IMG/VR virus record: IMGVR_UViG_3300049173_000065
Span: 1-43,400 of that record
Length of the DNA stretch: 43,400 nt
Reading direction: 5' to 3' (one strand)
Source: a virus
Taxonomy: Duplodnaviria > Caudoviricetes
The translations under genes were made by a program, and so were the position numbers. Shown here piece after piece: positions 1 to 8,923 of the stretch (the stretch's first letter is position 1; every line of letters starts with the position of its first letter). The notes below the pieces were generated by a model. The model had not been told where the DNA came from. It worked only from the letters and a program-made list of their open reading frames with translations, and made no database searches.

Positions 1-55
1 ATGGGGATGTGATGCTGTTTCCCGCCTTGTTCAACGAGATGTGCAGGTCAGGGGT

Positions 56-85
56 TGTTCACACGATCGAGTGAACATGCGTTCG
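56..85. promoter_or_regulatory. Overlapping palindromic operator-like sites (BldM-box-like 22-bp palindrome and LexA/SOS-box-like GAAC-N4-GTTCG)
   Basis: TGTTCAC-A-CGATCG-A-GTGAACA at 56-77 (one mismatched pair); GAACATGCGTTCG at 73-85. Confidence 0.4.
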
Positions 86-214
86 GTTTCTGGTCATTAC
101 CTCTAGCCCTGCGGCGACTTGGCATATGTCGCAGGGCTCACACCGCCTGAAGATCGTGAAAAGCCTGGTGTGACCAGGCTGACTTATGATCATGCAAGTC
201 ACAGCGTTTGACGG

Positions 215-457
215 GTGCCCCGCGACCCTTCTGACGGCGATGACTGGCTACTGCGCGAACGACGCCGGATCGGCAGGCATATCCGGAATGCGCGCGTGGA
301 TCACAGCCTCACACAGGAACAGGTCTTCCTGGCGGCCTCAGTGAACCGGAGTTTCTATCAGCAGATCGAGGGCGGAGAGGCGAACCCTTCGCTGGAGACG
401 CTCCTGCGTATCGCGCGGGCTATCGGCGTGAGCATCTCCGAACTCCTCCATGGCTGA
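215..457 (+). CDS. XRE-family helix-turn-helix transcriptional regulator
   Basis: IRNARVDHSLTQEQV...SFYQQIEGGEANPSLETLLRIARAIGVSISEL is a typical XRE HTH pattern. Confidence 0.9.
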   Translation: MPRDPSDGDDWLLRERRRIGRHIRNARVDHSLTQEQVFLAASVNRSFYQQIEGGEANPSLETLLRIARAIGVSISELLHG

Positions 458-740
458 GCTTGTGCGCGGCAGCTCCGACCGGCGCGGCTTGAATCCGAGT
501 CAACAGGCGAACCGCCGGTAGCGGAAGGTGTCCGGTGCATATATCTGCGCGAGACCTGTGTATCCCGTGTGAACATTTCACCTGCCGTGCATCTTTGGCC
601 AGAGGTTGTGCCGGCCTTGTTCGGTGGCCCGCCGCAGCGACAGGGGATCGGCTGCGGCGGGCCCGGGCCGCCCGTCACGGGGCGTACGAGACGGCCCAAC
701 CCCCGACCGTCGGCACAGCCCATGCGACGGCCGGGGGAGA

Positions 741-899
741 TCAACGACGTGCCGGCGACGGGTACGTCTGGGTCGGCGGGCGGCGGCACGGCTTGACGTG
801 CAGGACCACGGTTCCGCCGGCGCCCGACGCCGAGTCCTTCGGGTACGTCTTCGACTTCTCGCCCGACTGGATCGGCTGTCCGCAGCGGTCGCACATCAT
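741..899 (-). CDS. Small CxxC hypothetical protein (MMCDRCGQPI..., 52 aa)
   Basis: ATG at 899 overlaps the upstream stop (ATGA); GAGGAAGG upstream; CxxC...H..C pattern. Confidence 0.65.
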   Translation of the reverse strand: MMCDRCGQPIQSGEKSKTYPKDSASGAGGTVVLHVKPCRRPPTQTYPSPARR

Positions 900-1069
900 G
901 AGTGGGCCTTCCTCTGTGTCCGGGACCAGACGCGCCGAAGCCGGGCCGCCTCCGGGCAGGCTGTGCTCGTGTCCGTATTGCACGGCTTGCACTCGGAGCA
1001 GTGGTTGATGAGCGCCCGGAACGCGGGGCTGGGCGTACGGACCAGAACCGTTCGCGTGAGCGGGCTCAC
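896..1069 (-). CDS. Small Cys-rich hypothetical protein (MSPLTRTVLVRTPSPAFRALINHCSECKPC..., 57 aa; not in the ORF track)
   Basis: GTG at 1069 overlaps the stop of 1066..1407 (GTGA); its TGA overlaps the ATG at 899; HxxxCxxC...C motif. Confidence 0.65.
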   Translation of the reverse strand: MSPLTRTVLVRTPSPAFRALINHCSECKPCNTDTSTACPEAARLRRVWSRTQRKAHS

Positions 1070-1407
1070 CGCGACGCCTCCATCTCAAGGTGGCGGAGGG
1101 CACGCGCCGTCTCGCATCCGGCGGGCCCGTCAACGCACTGCTCGCAGGTGGCGGTGTGCTGACGGAGGGCGGCCGGAATCCGCTCGCCCGTGCAGGGTCG
1201 GCAAGCCCGCGGGGAGACGGTGATGTGCCCGTCGCGGAGCCGGACGCGCCGCTGTCCGAGGTCGACAGCCGTGTCCGTACTGATGGGCGTACAACACCAC
1301 ACGCAGGCCGTGCCCTTGAACTGCCGGTCGGTCATGTCGCCGTGGTCGGGGACCGGTAGGAGGCGTGCGGCCTCCATGGTGGTGCTCGCTCCGCTTGCTG
1401 GTCCCAT
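1066..1407 (-). CDS. Cys-rich hypothetical protein (putative metal binding)
   Basis: CVWC, CRPC and HTATCEQC...C motifs; first gene of a coupled trio downstream of the XRE regulator; exact start uncertain. Confidence 0.7.
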   Translation of the reverse strand: MGPASGASTTMEAARLLPVPDHGDMTDRQFKGTACVWCCTPISTDTAVDLGQRRVRLRDGHITVSPRACRPCTGERIPAALRQHTATCEQCVDGPAGCETARALRHLEMEASR

Positions 1408-1500
1408 TGCCTACGCCTCCACAGTCCCGGTGATCCGTCTCACACCAATGACCGTATGAGCGGGCGCGCAGGGGAAGGGGCAGGAATCCTGCCCCATTGC

Positions 1501-2751
1501 TCACGCCGCCAGTAGCCCCAGCTTCACTGCCAGTTCCGAGGCGCGCCGCCGTCGCTCAGGCTGCTTCGACTCGGTCTCCTCCAGCACGATCCGCCGCGCG
1601 TACCCGTTGTACTTGATCGTCTCCGAGGCGGCCTCGTGCGCCTTGTTTAGCGTGGCCAGCGCCACATCAGGTTGCCCGTCCAGCTGGTAGGCGCGGGCCT
1701 CCTCGATCCGGTGACGGGCAAGGCGGGGCCGGGACTGGATGACGCTCTTGTCCGCCTTCACCGCCTGCCGTACCGACTCGCCGCCCTGGTGGAGTTCGAC
1801 CGCGACCGTGACGGCGTGGGCGCCCATGATGGCTCGGCTGAAGCTGGTGACGGGGTGGTAGAACTCCGCCGGCAGCTTCTTCGCTACCTTCTCCGCCTTG
1901 TCCCACCACCCCCACGCTGTGCCGTTGTCGCCGCGGCGGGCCGCCGTGTATCCCGCCTCGAACTGGAGCGCCCCGGCGATCGCAAGGACCTTGTCGTCGG
2001 CGTCCGGAAGGAGAGGCTGGAGGTAGCGCAGCGCTTCCAGTGTGACCGCGTCGGCGGTGTCGAAGTGCTTGGGGCCGGTGTCGCGATGCGCTTGCGCGGT
2101 GAGCCATGCGGCGACGCCGATCGCGTGCGGGTCCTCGGAGTCCTGGGCGGCGACCATGCCGCGCTCGGCGACTCGCCACAGCAGCGCGCTGTCGGGCTGG
2201 TAGGCCACGAAGAACTGGCTGAGGGAGTACACCTCGGAGAGGATCGCCTGCGCCTGGCGCCGGTCGGCGGCGGTGTCGGCCTGGCGGACGGCGAGCTGGG
2301 CGTCACGGATCAGCCCGGGCAGCAGTTCGCCGATGACTTGGCGGTGGTTGGGTGCGGAGTGCCGGGCCGCCCATGCGTGGTCGAGGCGGTAGCGCAGGTG
2401 CTGGGTGGCAGGTGCTTCTCTGTCGGCGGTGAGCGGGAAGGCGTCGATGGCGGCGCGGACAGCGGCGAGGCGGGGGTGGCCCGGGCCGATGAACAGGTCG
2501 ACGTGGGCGGTCTGGTCGCCGGTGAGGTCGGCGAGGTCGCGGACGCGGAGCAGTTCGGCGATGCGGAGGATGGTGGGCAACTTGGGTACCTGGATCTTGC
2601 CGGTCTCGACCTGTTTCACCCACGACGGGCTCTTGCCGAGGAAGCCGGCCAGTACGGGGCGGCTCATGCCGCGGCGTTGACGCAGGATCTGCATTCGCTG
2701 GCCGAAGACCATGGGGTCGGCGTACGGGTCCGGGGTAGCATCAGTAGGCAC
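1501..2751 (-). CDS. XRE-family transcriptional regulator with long helical C-terminal domain
   Basis: N-terminal HTH (LRQRRGMSRPVLAGFLGKSPSWVKQVETG), Ala/Leu-rich helical C-terminus, GGAGGGG RBS. Confidence 0.9.
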   Translation of the reverse strand: MPTDATPDPYADPMVFGQRMQILRQRRGMSRPVLAGFLGKSPSWVKQVETGKIQVPKLPTILRIAELLRVRDLADLTGDQTAHVDLFIGPGHPRLAAVRAAIDAFPLTADREAPATQHLRYRLDHAWAARHSAPNHRQVIGELLPGLIRDAQLAVRQADTAADRRQAQAILSEVYSLSQFFVAYQPDSALLWRVAERGMVAAQDSEDPHAIGVAAWLTAQAHRDTGPKHFDTADAVTLEALRYLQPLLPDADDKVLAIAGALQFEAGYTAARRGDNGTAWGWWDKAEKVAKKLPAEFYHPVTSFSRAIMGAHAVTVAVELHQGGESVRQAVKADKSVIQSRPRLARHRIEEARAYQLDGQPDVALATLNKAHEAASETIKYNGYARRIVLEETESKQPERRRRASELAVKLGLLAA

Positions 2752-2917
2752 GGTCTCGCCCCTCCACTCTGTACAGGTCGCACTGCCAGGGTAGGGGGCG
2801 GGACCATTTTCGTGTGCGGGCTCTGGGTGGCGTGGCTGTTTGGTTGACGGGTTGTGCTACCGCAGATTGGCGGTATCGCCGTGCGTTTCTGGCCGGTCGA
2901 ATCGATATCCTGGCTGC

Positions 2918-3094
2918 ATGCCCCCCGACTCTGGCCTTGGTTCTGTGCGGCCTGCTGCCGTCGTGAATGAGGAGATCCGCGCCCTGTGGCTGCGTGCGGG
3001 CGGTTGGCTGTCGGCGGCGGATCGTGCTGGGTATGAGCAGCTGGTGGAGGAGTGGGCGGCGGCGGTACGGGCCGAGGTCGCCGCAGCTGCTTAA
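2918..3094 (+). CDS. Small hypothetical protein (MPPDSGLGSVRPAAVVNEEIRALW...), probably leaderless
   Basis: Divergent from the XRE gene; -10-like TATCCT 6 nt before ATG 2918. Confidence 0.65.
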   Translation: MPPDSGLGSVRPAAVVNEEIRALWLRAGGWLSAADRAGYEQLVEEWAAAVRAEVAAAA

Positions 3095-3103
3095 GATCAA
3101 CTG

Positions 3104-3376
3104 GTGGCACACACCCTTGACGAACTCGTAGAAATGCAGCGCGCAGCCGACCAGGCGCGCAACAGGGTCATCGAGCTACGCGACACCTTCGGGGCGCCTA
3201 CGACAACCCCGTGGACCGAGCAGCAGACCCACACCTACGAGACCGCGTGGCGGGCCTGGCGGGACCTGGCCCGCGACGTCCAGGCTGCTGTCACCGAGCA
3301 TGCGAAGGCCGAGGAACGGTCACGCAGCGACGTTGAGGCAGATGTGAAGAGGAAGGCCCGACACCCCGAGGACTGA
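3104..3376 (+). CDS. Hypothetical protein
   Basis: 90-aa ORF with normal high-GC coding pattern directly after 2918..3094. Confidence 0.7.
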   Translation: MAHTLDELVEMQRAADQARNRVIELRDTFGAPTTTPWTEQQTHTYETAWRAWRDLARDVQAAVTEHAKAEERSRSDVEADVKRKARHPED

Positions 3377-3438
3377 GGGCGCGGTCCCGTGCGTGACTGA
3401 ACAGAACGACGGATGCACACGGGCGAGGAGACGGGCCA

Positions 3439-5121
3439 TCACGCCGGCTCTGGCCCGATGTTCTCCAGCCGCAACCTGAACGGGTACGACGTATGTGCGT
3501 ACACGATGTTGCCCGGTCCGGTACCCGCGCCCTGGTGAGCGAGCGCGACCGTGGCCATACCCGCGTTGATATGGCCTGCGCCCACGGTGAACATCTCGGG
3601 ATTGTTCAGCGATCCGTAGGTGCGGCTGTTGTACATCGTCGGGTTGCCTTCGATGGGCGGCGTGGCTCCTTCCGAAGTGGCGTACTCGGAGATCGCGCCG
3701 CCGGAGTCGAGAAGTACCCAGTCGAAGTACCGCGCTCCGATGTACATGCAGTTCCCGCACACCCGGATCCGGTCACCGGCGACGGCCGTGACCGAGCACT
3801 TCAACTGAGTGCCCGCTGAGGTCTGCACGACCGTCCACGCGACCGCAGCAGGCAGGCCGGACAGGTCGTCGTCGGTGATCCGCACGCGCGCGGTGCGGAT
3901 GGACGAGCCGCCGCCGGACGGGGGCTGCCATGAAGCCGCTGAGGCGCTCGTCGCCGTCAGTACGTATCCCGACGACGGGGTCCCGCTCACCGCGATCCCA
4001 TTGACCTTCGCGACGGTCGGGCCCGGGTAGGTGCCGGCAAGGTCTCCGCTGGCCGCCCCGGCGGGGGTTCGGGCATCGGCGAGGCGGGAGTCGTTGCCGA
4101 CTGCGGCAGTCCCTGCGGTGGTGCCGTAGGCGACAGTGAGGGTGCGGTCCGCGGTGAGGTTACCGCCGCCGGTGAGGCCGGTTCCCGCCGTGATCTGGCG
4201 GGACGTGGGCACCCGCGCGGCGACCTGCGTGTCCGTGTAGGCGCGATCTGCGTGCGGGTCAACGGCCCCGGCGTGGCCCGACACCGCGGTTGAGGCGGCC
4301 CCGGCCGCATCGAAGGCGCCCGCGCTCTGCACGGCGGCCGTGCCGAGCCCTAGGCTTGTGCGGGCGGTCGCCGGGTCGGCCAGGTCGGCGAGGTTCTGTG
4401 CCTTCTGTGCGGCGCCCGTGATCCGGCTGTCGTTGCCCGCCGCGTAGGTTCCCGTAGTCGTCCCCACCGTCGGTGTGGCCGGGGTGCCGTGCGTGTGGTC
4501 GCCGCGCGCGAAGGTACTGGCCGCGCCCGCGTTCGCCGACTGTCCATAGCCGGTCTCCGAAGTCACAGTGTCCGACGGTGTACCGCTGCCGCCACCCCCG
4601 GCTGGGGCCTGCCACGTTGCGGTCGTCGACGATGTCGCGGTCGGCACCTGCCCTGCGGCCGGCGTACCCGTGACCGCGACGCCGTTGACGCGGGCTACGG
4701 ACGGGTTGGGGTACGTCCCGGACAGGTCGCCGCCTGCGGTGCTGGCCATCCATACCGTCGTGCCGTCCGACGCTTCCACCTCGACCAGCGACGGCAACGC
4801 CACCGTAGGGACGGCGGCCGGGAGGAGGATGCTGTATGCCCGCCCGGGCGCGTTCGTGAACTCCTCGTCGACCCGAAGCGTGTAGCCCGCAGGCAAGAAA
4901 CCATCGGCGTCCGTGGCCAGGAACTCGTGCGTGAACTCCCCGGACGCGCCGAGCGTGATGTTCACCGACCCGAGCGCGATCACCCCATGCTCGGCAGACA
5001 CGACCCGCGGCACGGACGGCGTGAGCCGAATCGTCCCCTGGTACGGGGTGCCGTCGGGTGACCGGTATCCGGCCGCGCCAGCGGTCAGGGTGACGGTCTG
5101 AACGCCAGGCGGGAACGCCAT
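3439..5121 (-). CDS. Tail fibre/spike-like virion protein
   Basis: G/A/T/S-rich; duplicated GDLxGTYPxPxVAxVNGxAVxGTP module; GTTxGTxAxGNDSR repeats; TAGTGLTGGGNL fibre-type motif. Confidence 0.65.
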   Translation of the reverse strand: MAFPPGVQTVTLTAGAAGYRSPDGTPYQGTIRLTPSVPRVVSAEHGVIALGSVNITLGASGEFTHEFLATDADGFLPAGYTLRVDEEFTNAPGRAYSILLPAAVPTVALPSLVEVEASDGTTVWMASTAGGDLSGTYPNPSVARVNGVAVTGTPAAGQVPTATSSTTATWQAPAGGGGSGTPSDTVTSETGYGQSANAGAASTFARGDHTHGTPATPTVGTTTGTYAAGNDSRITGAAQKAQNLADLADPATARTSLGLGTAAVQSAGAFDAAGAASTAVSGHAGAVDPHADRAYTDTQVAARVPTSRQITAGTGLTGGGNLTADRTLTVAYGTTAGTAAVGNDSRLADARTPAGAASGDLAGTYPGPTVAKVNGIAVSGTPSSGYVLTATSASAASWQPPSGGGSSIRTARVRITDDDLSGLPAAVAWTVVQTSAGTQLKCSVTAVAGDRIRVCGNCMYIGARYFDWVLLDSGGAISEYATSEGATPPIEGNPTMYNSRTYGSLNNPEMFTVGAGHINAGMATVALAHQGAGTGPGNIVYAHTSYPFRLRLENIGPEPA

Positions 5122-5122
5122 G

Positions 5123-5491
5123 TCAGGCTCCTGTCCTCATGTGCTCGCGCACCATCGGGTCGATGTCGTCCGGCTCAGGGCCGATCCGGGCGTCACGCAT
5201 GCGGCTGATTAGCCGGTCCACGGTCCAGGAGTAGGCGCGTATCAGGGCCCGCAGGCCGCGGATTTCGGCGCGGTTCTCCTTGTTTTCTTCGTCGACGCGC
5301 CGCACTGTGGCCTCCAGTACGGACAGGTTCGAGGCGGTCGCAGCGGGCTCGGCTGCTACTCGTGCCGCCGCGCGTTGTGCTTCTGCTGTGACGATGGCTG
5401 CGGCTCGTGTTGCTTTCGCTGCGAACAGCCCTCCGAGGACTACCGCGATCGCGCCGATCAAAGTGCCTGCTATGCCTACCCAGCCGCCCAC
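5123..5491 (-). CDS. Lysis-cassette membrane protein (N-terminal TM plus coiled coil)
   Basis: Hydrophobic N-terminus followed by a charged helical segment; third membrane gene after the endolysin. Confidence 0.7.
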   Translation of the reverse strand: MGGWVGIAGTLIGAIAVVLGGLFAAKATRAAAIVTAEAQRAAARVAAEPAATASNLSVLEATVRRVDEENKENRAEIRGLRALIRAYSWTVDRLISRMRDARIGPEPDDIDPMVREHMRTGA

Positions 5492-5495
5492 CCGG

Positions 5496-5924
5496 TCACC
5501 GGGCCTTTCTCGCCGCGCCGGGCGGCAGTTCGTACTCGGGGACGGTTGCTGCCCAAAGGATCACGCCGACGTGGGAGAACAGGAACCATCCGGCGACCCA
5601 GGCCCCGCGCGGGAAATCTCCCGTCACCGCGGCGGTCCCGTACGCGACACCCCACACCACGGGGGGCGCCAGACCGGCGACGTAGCCGAACCAGTCACGG
5701 CCCACCCGCAGGAACGCCGACACTGCGGTCACGGCCCCGGCGAGGATCCAGATCGATGCCCAGCAGTGCAGGGGCGCCCACCGCAGCAGCAGTTCCAGGC
5801 CGAGCACGGACGGCGGGGCGAGGATCAGGCCGAGGCCGAAGCACACCTTGCCCGTGCCGATGATGAGGAGGAATGCGCCGCGGCGGCCCAGCAGGGCGCG
5901 GAGCCGCTGGGCCGCCAAGCGCAT
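5496..5924 (-). CDS. Lysis-cassette multi-pass membrane protein
   Basis: About four hydrophobic segments; abuts the holin-like gene. Confidence 0.75.
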   Translation of the reverse strand: MRLAAQRLRALLGRRGAFLLIIGTGKVCFGLGLILAPPSVLGLELLLRWAPLHCWASIWILAGAVTAVSAFLRVGRDWFGYVAGLAPPVVWGVAYGTAAVTGDFPRGAWVAGWFLFSHVGVILWAATVPEYELPPGAARKAR

Positions 5925-6233
5925 TCAGGCCGCCTTGGTGAACGCGTCCTGCGCCTTGCCGCTCACGCCGGTCGGCTTCCACAGGCCGAAGTGCGACAGC
6001 ACCGCCGTACCGAAGCTGACGACCGTCAGCACGACCGCCGTGCCCACGTCGTAGCCGGACGGATGCGGCGCCGCCAGCTCGATGAGGAATCCGTTCGCCG
6101 ACGTCAGCGCGAGGAGCAGCACCGCCTTCGTGCCGGCATGCACCACCCGAGTCGTGACGAGGCCGACCAGCACTGGGAGGACGACGGAGATGAGCAGGCC
6201 GAGCCAGTACGCCTGATCCAGGTTCACGTTCAT
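5925..6233 (-). CDS. Holin-like protein
   Basis: 102 aa, about three TM segments, directly downstream of the endolysin, basic C-terminus. Confidence 0.75.
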   Translation of the reverse strand: MNVNLDQAYWLGLLISVVLPVLVGLVTTRVVHAGTKAVLLLALTSANGFLIELAAPHPSGYDVGTAVVLTVVSFGTAVLSHFGLWKPTGVSGKAQDAFTKAA

Positions 6234-6262
6234 GGGGTGTCTCTCTTCTCTGAGCTGGGGCT

Positions 6263-7141
6263 CTAGTTGGCGAGTCTCGCGGCGAGCTTCGCGTCGACCC
6301 GGGCGGCGATGTTCTCGGCGAGTACAGGGCTCTCCGCGATGGCCTTGATCTGCGCGTCGGTCAGTACGACCGGCTTGGCCGCGACCGCGTCCGCGATACG
6401 GGCCACGTCGCTGTTCTCCAGCACGCCGCCGCCCGCAATGAGCTTCGTCGCAGTCGCTGCTGCACTCGCGCTCGCGATCTTCGCAATGTCCTCAGGGGTC
6501 ACGTCGTCCTCCTCGGTGGTGCCGTTCTTGGCGGCGGCCAGAATGGCGACCATCGGGAACGCACCCGGGTCGCCGTGATCGTTCTCGGGTACGTGCTGGT
6601 GGCCGCAGTGCCCGCTGAACGTGTTCCACTGACTGTTGGTCATGCGCACGCTGCTGTCGCCGTACGAGCCCGGGTATGCCCTGAACTCCAGCCCGGAGGA
6701 CAGCGGCACGCCATGCTCGTCGTGAGCCCAGCGCGCGAACGCGGCCAGATCACGGATCGCCCAGTCGGGCAGTTCCGGCGTGTACAGGTGCTGAGTGCCG
6801 GCTCGCACCCACTTCGCGTGGGTGGCCGGATCGCAGGTGCCGACGATCTCCACCTGGGTGACGTTCAGGGTGTTCGTCTGAACTCCCCCCGCCTTGTTGA
6901 CGAGCGCGCGGGAGGAGGTGTCGAAGTCGAAGTGCTGGTACCAGGCCAGGCGTTTCGTTGTGAAGTCTGGCAAAGCGGTGAAGTTCGGCGCGAGCGCGCC
7001 ACCGTCATACGACGGCAGAGTCCGGCCCTCAGTGGAGTGCCAGCAGACGACGTTCGACTCCATCAGGTCGCCCGGGTAGTCGTCCTCGAACCAGTAGGTG
7101 GTGGAGGCGCCGGGGAATTTCTGGGGGCCGGTTCGGGTCAT
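6263..7141 (-). CDS. Endolysin (Zn-dependent N-acetylmuramoyl-L-alanine amidase type)
   Basis: WHSTE, QVEIVG, GHQHVPENDHGDPG amidase_2-like motifs; GGGAGG RBS before ATG 7141. Confidence 0.85.
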   Translation of the reverse strand: MTRTGPQKFPGASTTYWFEDDYPGDLMESNVVCWHSTEGRTLPSYDGGALAPNFTALPDFTTKRLAWYQHFDFDTSSRALVNKAGGVQTNTLNVTQVEIVGTCDPATHAKWVRAGTQHLYTPELPDWAIRDLAAFARWAHDEHGVPLSSGLEFRAYPGSYGDSSVRMTNSQWNTFSGHCGHQHVPENDHGDPGAFPMVAILAAAKNGTTEEDDVTPEDIAKIASASAAATATKLIAGGGVLENSDVARIADAVAAKPVVLTDAQIKAIAESPVLAENIAARVDAKLAARLAN

Positions 7142-7166
7142 GCGGGTTCCTCCCACCTAGGCGGCT

Positions 7167-7220
7167 CCTTCGAATCGTAGCCGTACGTGGTGTGACAGCC
7201 AACGAATCGAAGGCTACAGT
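7167..7220. promoter_or_regulatory. Divergent promoter region with inverted CCTTCGAATCGT / ACGAATCGAAGG repeat
   Basis: Arms at 7167-7178 and 7202-7213 (1 mismatch); -10-like TACGAT (minus) and TACAGT (plus, 7215-7220). Confidence 0.55.
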
Positions 7221-7316
7221 TCGTGCATCCCTGGCTCAGGGGATGGCGGCAGGGGGTTCCTTTGCGGGTTGACCCTGCCGCCCTCAACCCGCAACAACCC
7301 GCGCCGGAGTCAGCTC

Positions 7317-7751
7317 ATGACCGCGAACCGCGAGCCAGTGCAGACCACCAGCCGCGAGGCTGTCGTGGCCGACAACGTCCGCAGTCTCCGCGAGGCCGCA
7401 GGGTTGTCTCTCGCCGGACTTTCCGAGCTGGTCGCCAAGATGGGCCACGATCTGAGCGATCAGGTCATCGGGAGCATCGAGACCAGCAGGCGCCGCATCC
7501 GTATCGACGACCTCCTCGCTCTCGGGGAAGCGCTCGGCGTTCCGTACGCCAGCCTGCTTCACCCCGACGCGGGGCCCGGGGTCCTTCACGAGATCGTTTT
7601 CGAGGGTGGCATCACCGAGCGAGTTGCGGCAGACGACTACGAGATCGACGAGAAGTGGATCTCTTTCCGGATGCGGGACCAGGTTGTCTACGCCGCCAGT
7701 TGTGAGCGCGTCCTCGGCATCCGCATCCTCCCGAACGGAGGCGAGTCGTGA
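7317..7751 (+). CDS. XRE-family HTH regulator, first gene of the plus-strand operon
   Basis: VRSLREAAGLSLAGLS...IGSIETSRRRIRIDDLLALGEALGV; GGAG RBS. Confidence 0.85.
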   Translation: MTANREPVQTTSREAVVADNVRSLREAAGLSLAGLSELVAKMGHDLSDQVIGSIETSRRRIRIDDLLALGEALGVPYASLLHPDAGPGVLHEIVFEGGITERVAADDYEIDEKWISFRMRDQVVYAASCERVLGIRILPNGGES

Positions 7752-7861
7752 CCGCCATCTGCCAGTTGCTGGGCTGCCTGTTCGCGTTCGTCGTGCTCGC
7801 CCCGTCCGCGCCCGTCCACTACGACTACCAGCCCCCGGCCAGCGTACGGAGCAGCCGATGA
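7748..7861 (+). CDS. 37-aa hydrophobic peptide (MTAICQLLGCLFAFVVLAPSAPV...)
   Basis: GTGA overlap at its start and ATGA overlap at its end, filling the gap exactly. Confidence 0.55.
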   Translation: MTAICQLLGCLFAFVVLAPSAPVHYDYQPPASVRSSR

Positions 7862-8577
7862 GCGACTACGACATCCCCGAGGAATGCCCGCACTGCGAAG
7901 AGGCGCCCCCCTCCCGCCAACTCGACGCCCACGTTGCCTCCGTGCACGCCGACCTCCCATCCTGCACCGCCTTCATCGAGACCGAGCACCGCGAGACCTA
8001 CCGATGCTCGTTTCGGGCTGGGCACAACGGCGGCGAGTACGGCACATGGCACGCCAGCAAGCGCGGCGCAGATATGGGGCGCTACATCTGGAACGACACC
8101 GCGACAGGCGCCCTACCGCACCAGGATCCCGAGCCGTCCGACAGGCTCGACGAGCTGAAGCGCAAGGGCTTCGTCTCCCACACCGTTGTCGCGACAGGCG
8201 GAGACGCCCCCACCTCCAAGATCAGTTGCTGCCCGGATGGCGAGGTCCAGGCGGAGCCGTCCAGGACGGCCTCCCTCTCCATGTACAGCGGGCTCGTCGT
8301 ACAGCCCTACCGCAACGACCAAGGCAAGTCGTGCTGGGTGTTCCGCTGCTGGGGTACCGACACCTGCGACGGCTGGCTGTCCCTCGACCACGCCAGCGAG
8401 CAGTCTGCCGTCCGCGCCCTCACCCGCCACTTCGAAGAACACCACGCCAGCGCGCCAGCCCCCGAGGTGAAGATCCGTATTCGCGGCGGGCTCACCGACC
8501 AGCAGCGCGCCGAAGTGCAGCGGATCATCGCCGACGAGATGCGGCGCACCGGGCGGGAAGGGGGCGGGCGCCGATGA
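7858..8577 (+). CDS. Hypothetical protein with Zn-finger-like motifs
   Basis: CPHC...HVASVH, C...H...H and C....C...H...H motifs; translationally coupled. Confidence 0.7.
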   Translation: MSDYDIPEECPHCEEAPPSRQLDAHVASVHADLPSCTAFIETEHRETYRCSFRAGHNGGEYGTWHASKRGADMGRYIWNDTATGALPHQDPEPSDRLDELKRKGFVSHTVVATGGDAPTSKISCCPDGEVQAEPSRTASLSMYSGLVVQPYRNDQGKSCWVFRCWGTDTCDGWLSLDHASEQSAVRALTRHFEEHHASAPAPEVKIRIRGGLTDQQRAEVQRIIADEMRRTGREGGGRR

Positions 8578-8882
8578 GCGAGCCGACGCGCCTCACGTAC
8601 GAGCAGCTCCTGCCCCTCGCCGCGGCCATCTACCGCCGCGAGGTCGCCCTCCAGGCAGGCGCCCGGCTCCTCCTCCCGCCCTTCCCGAACTGCCCTACCT
8701 GCGGGCAGCCGCCCGCCGAACTGGTCGTCCGGAACGACCACGCCGCGCACTTCCTCGAAGACCTCGTCGGCTTCGGATTCCTGCCCTGTGGCCACACGTT
8801 CACCGTCGACGCGGAAGACCTGCACAACGCCGCGAACGTCGCCCGCGCTGAGACCGAGCACCCGCTACCGGAGGCGCCGTGA
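8574..8882 (+). CDS. Hypothetical protein (CPTC...PCGH)
   Basis: ATGA coupling to the upstream gene; Zn-ribbon-like motif. Confidence 0.7.
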   Translation: MSEPTRLTYEQLLPLAAAIYRREVALQAGARLLLPPFPNCPTCGQPPAELVVRNDHAAHFLEDLVGFGFLPCGHTFTVDAEDLHNAANVARAETEHPLPEAP

Positions 8883-8923
8883 ACCAGCAGAGCATCGACC
8901 CCACAGCCCAGGAGGAAGGCCGC

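Noticed and set aside
5476-5499. Possible 8-nt insertion at the start of the 5123..5491 gene (coupled GTG 5499 reads only MTGWAAG-stop)
   Set aside because: GTG 5491 gives a plausible intact protein; cannot be judged without homologues
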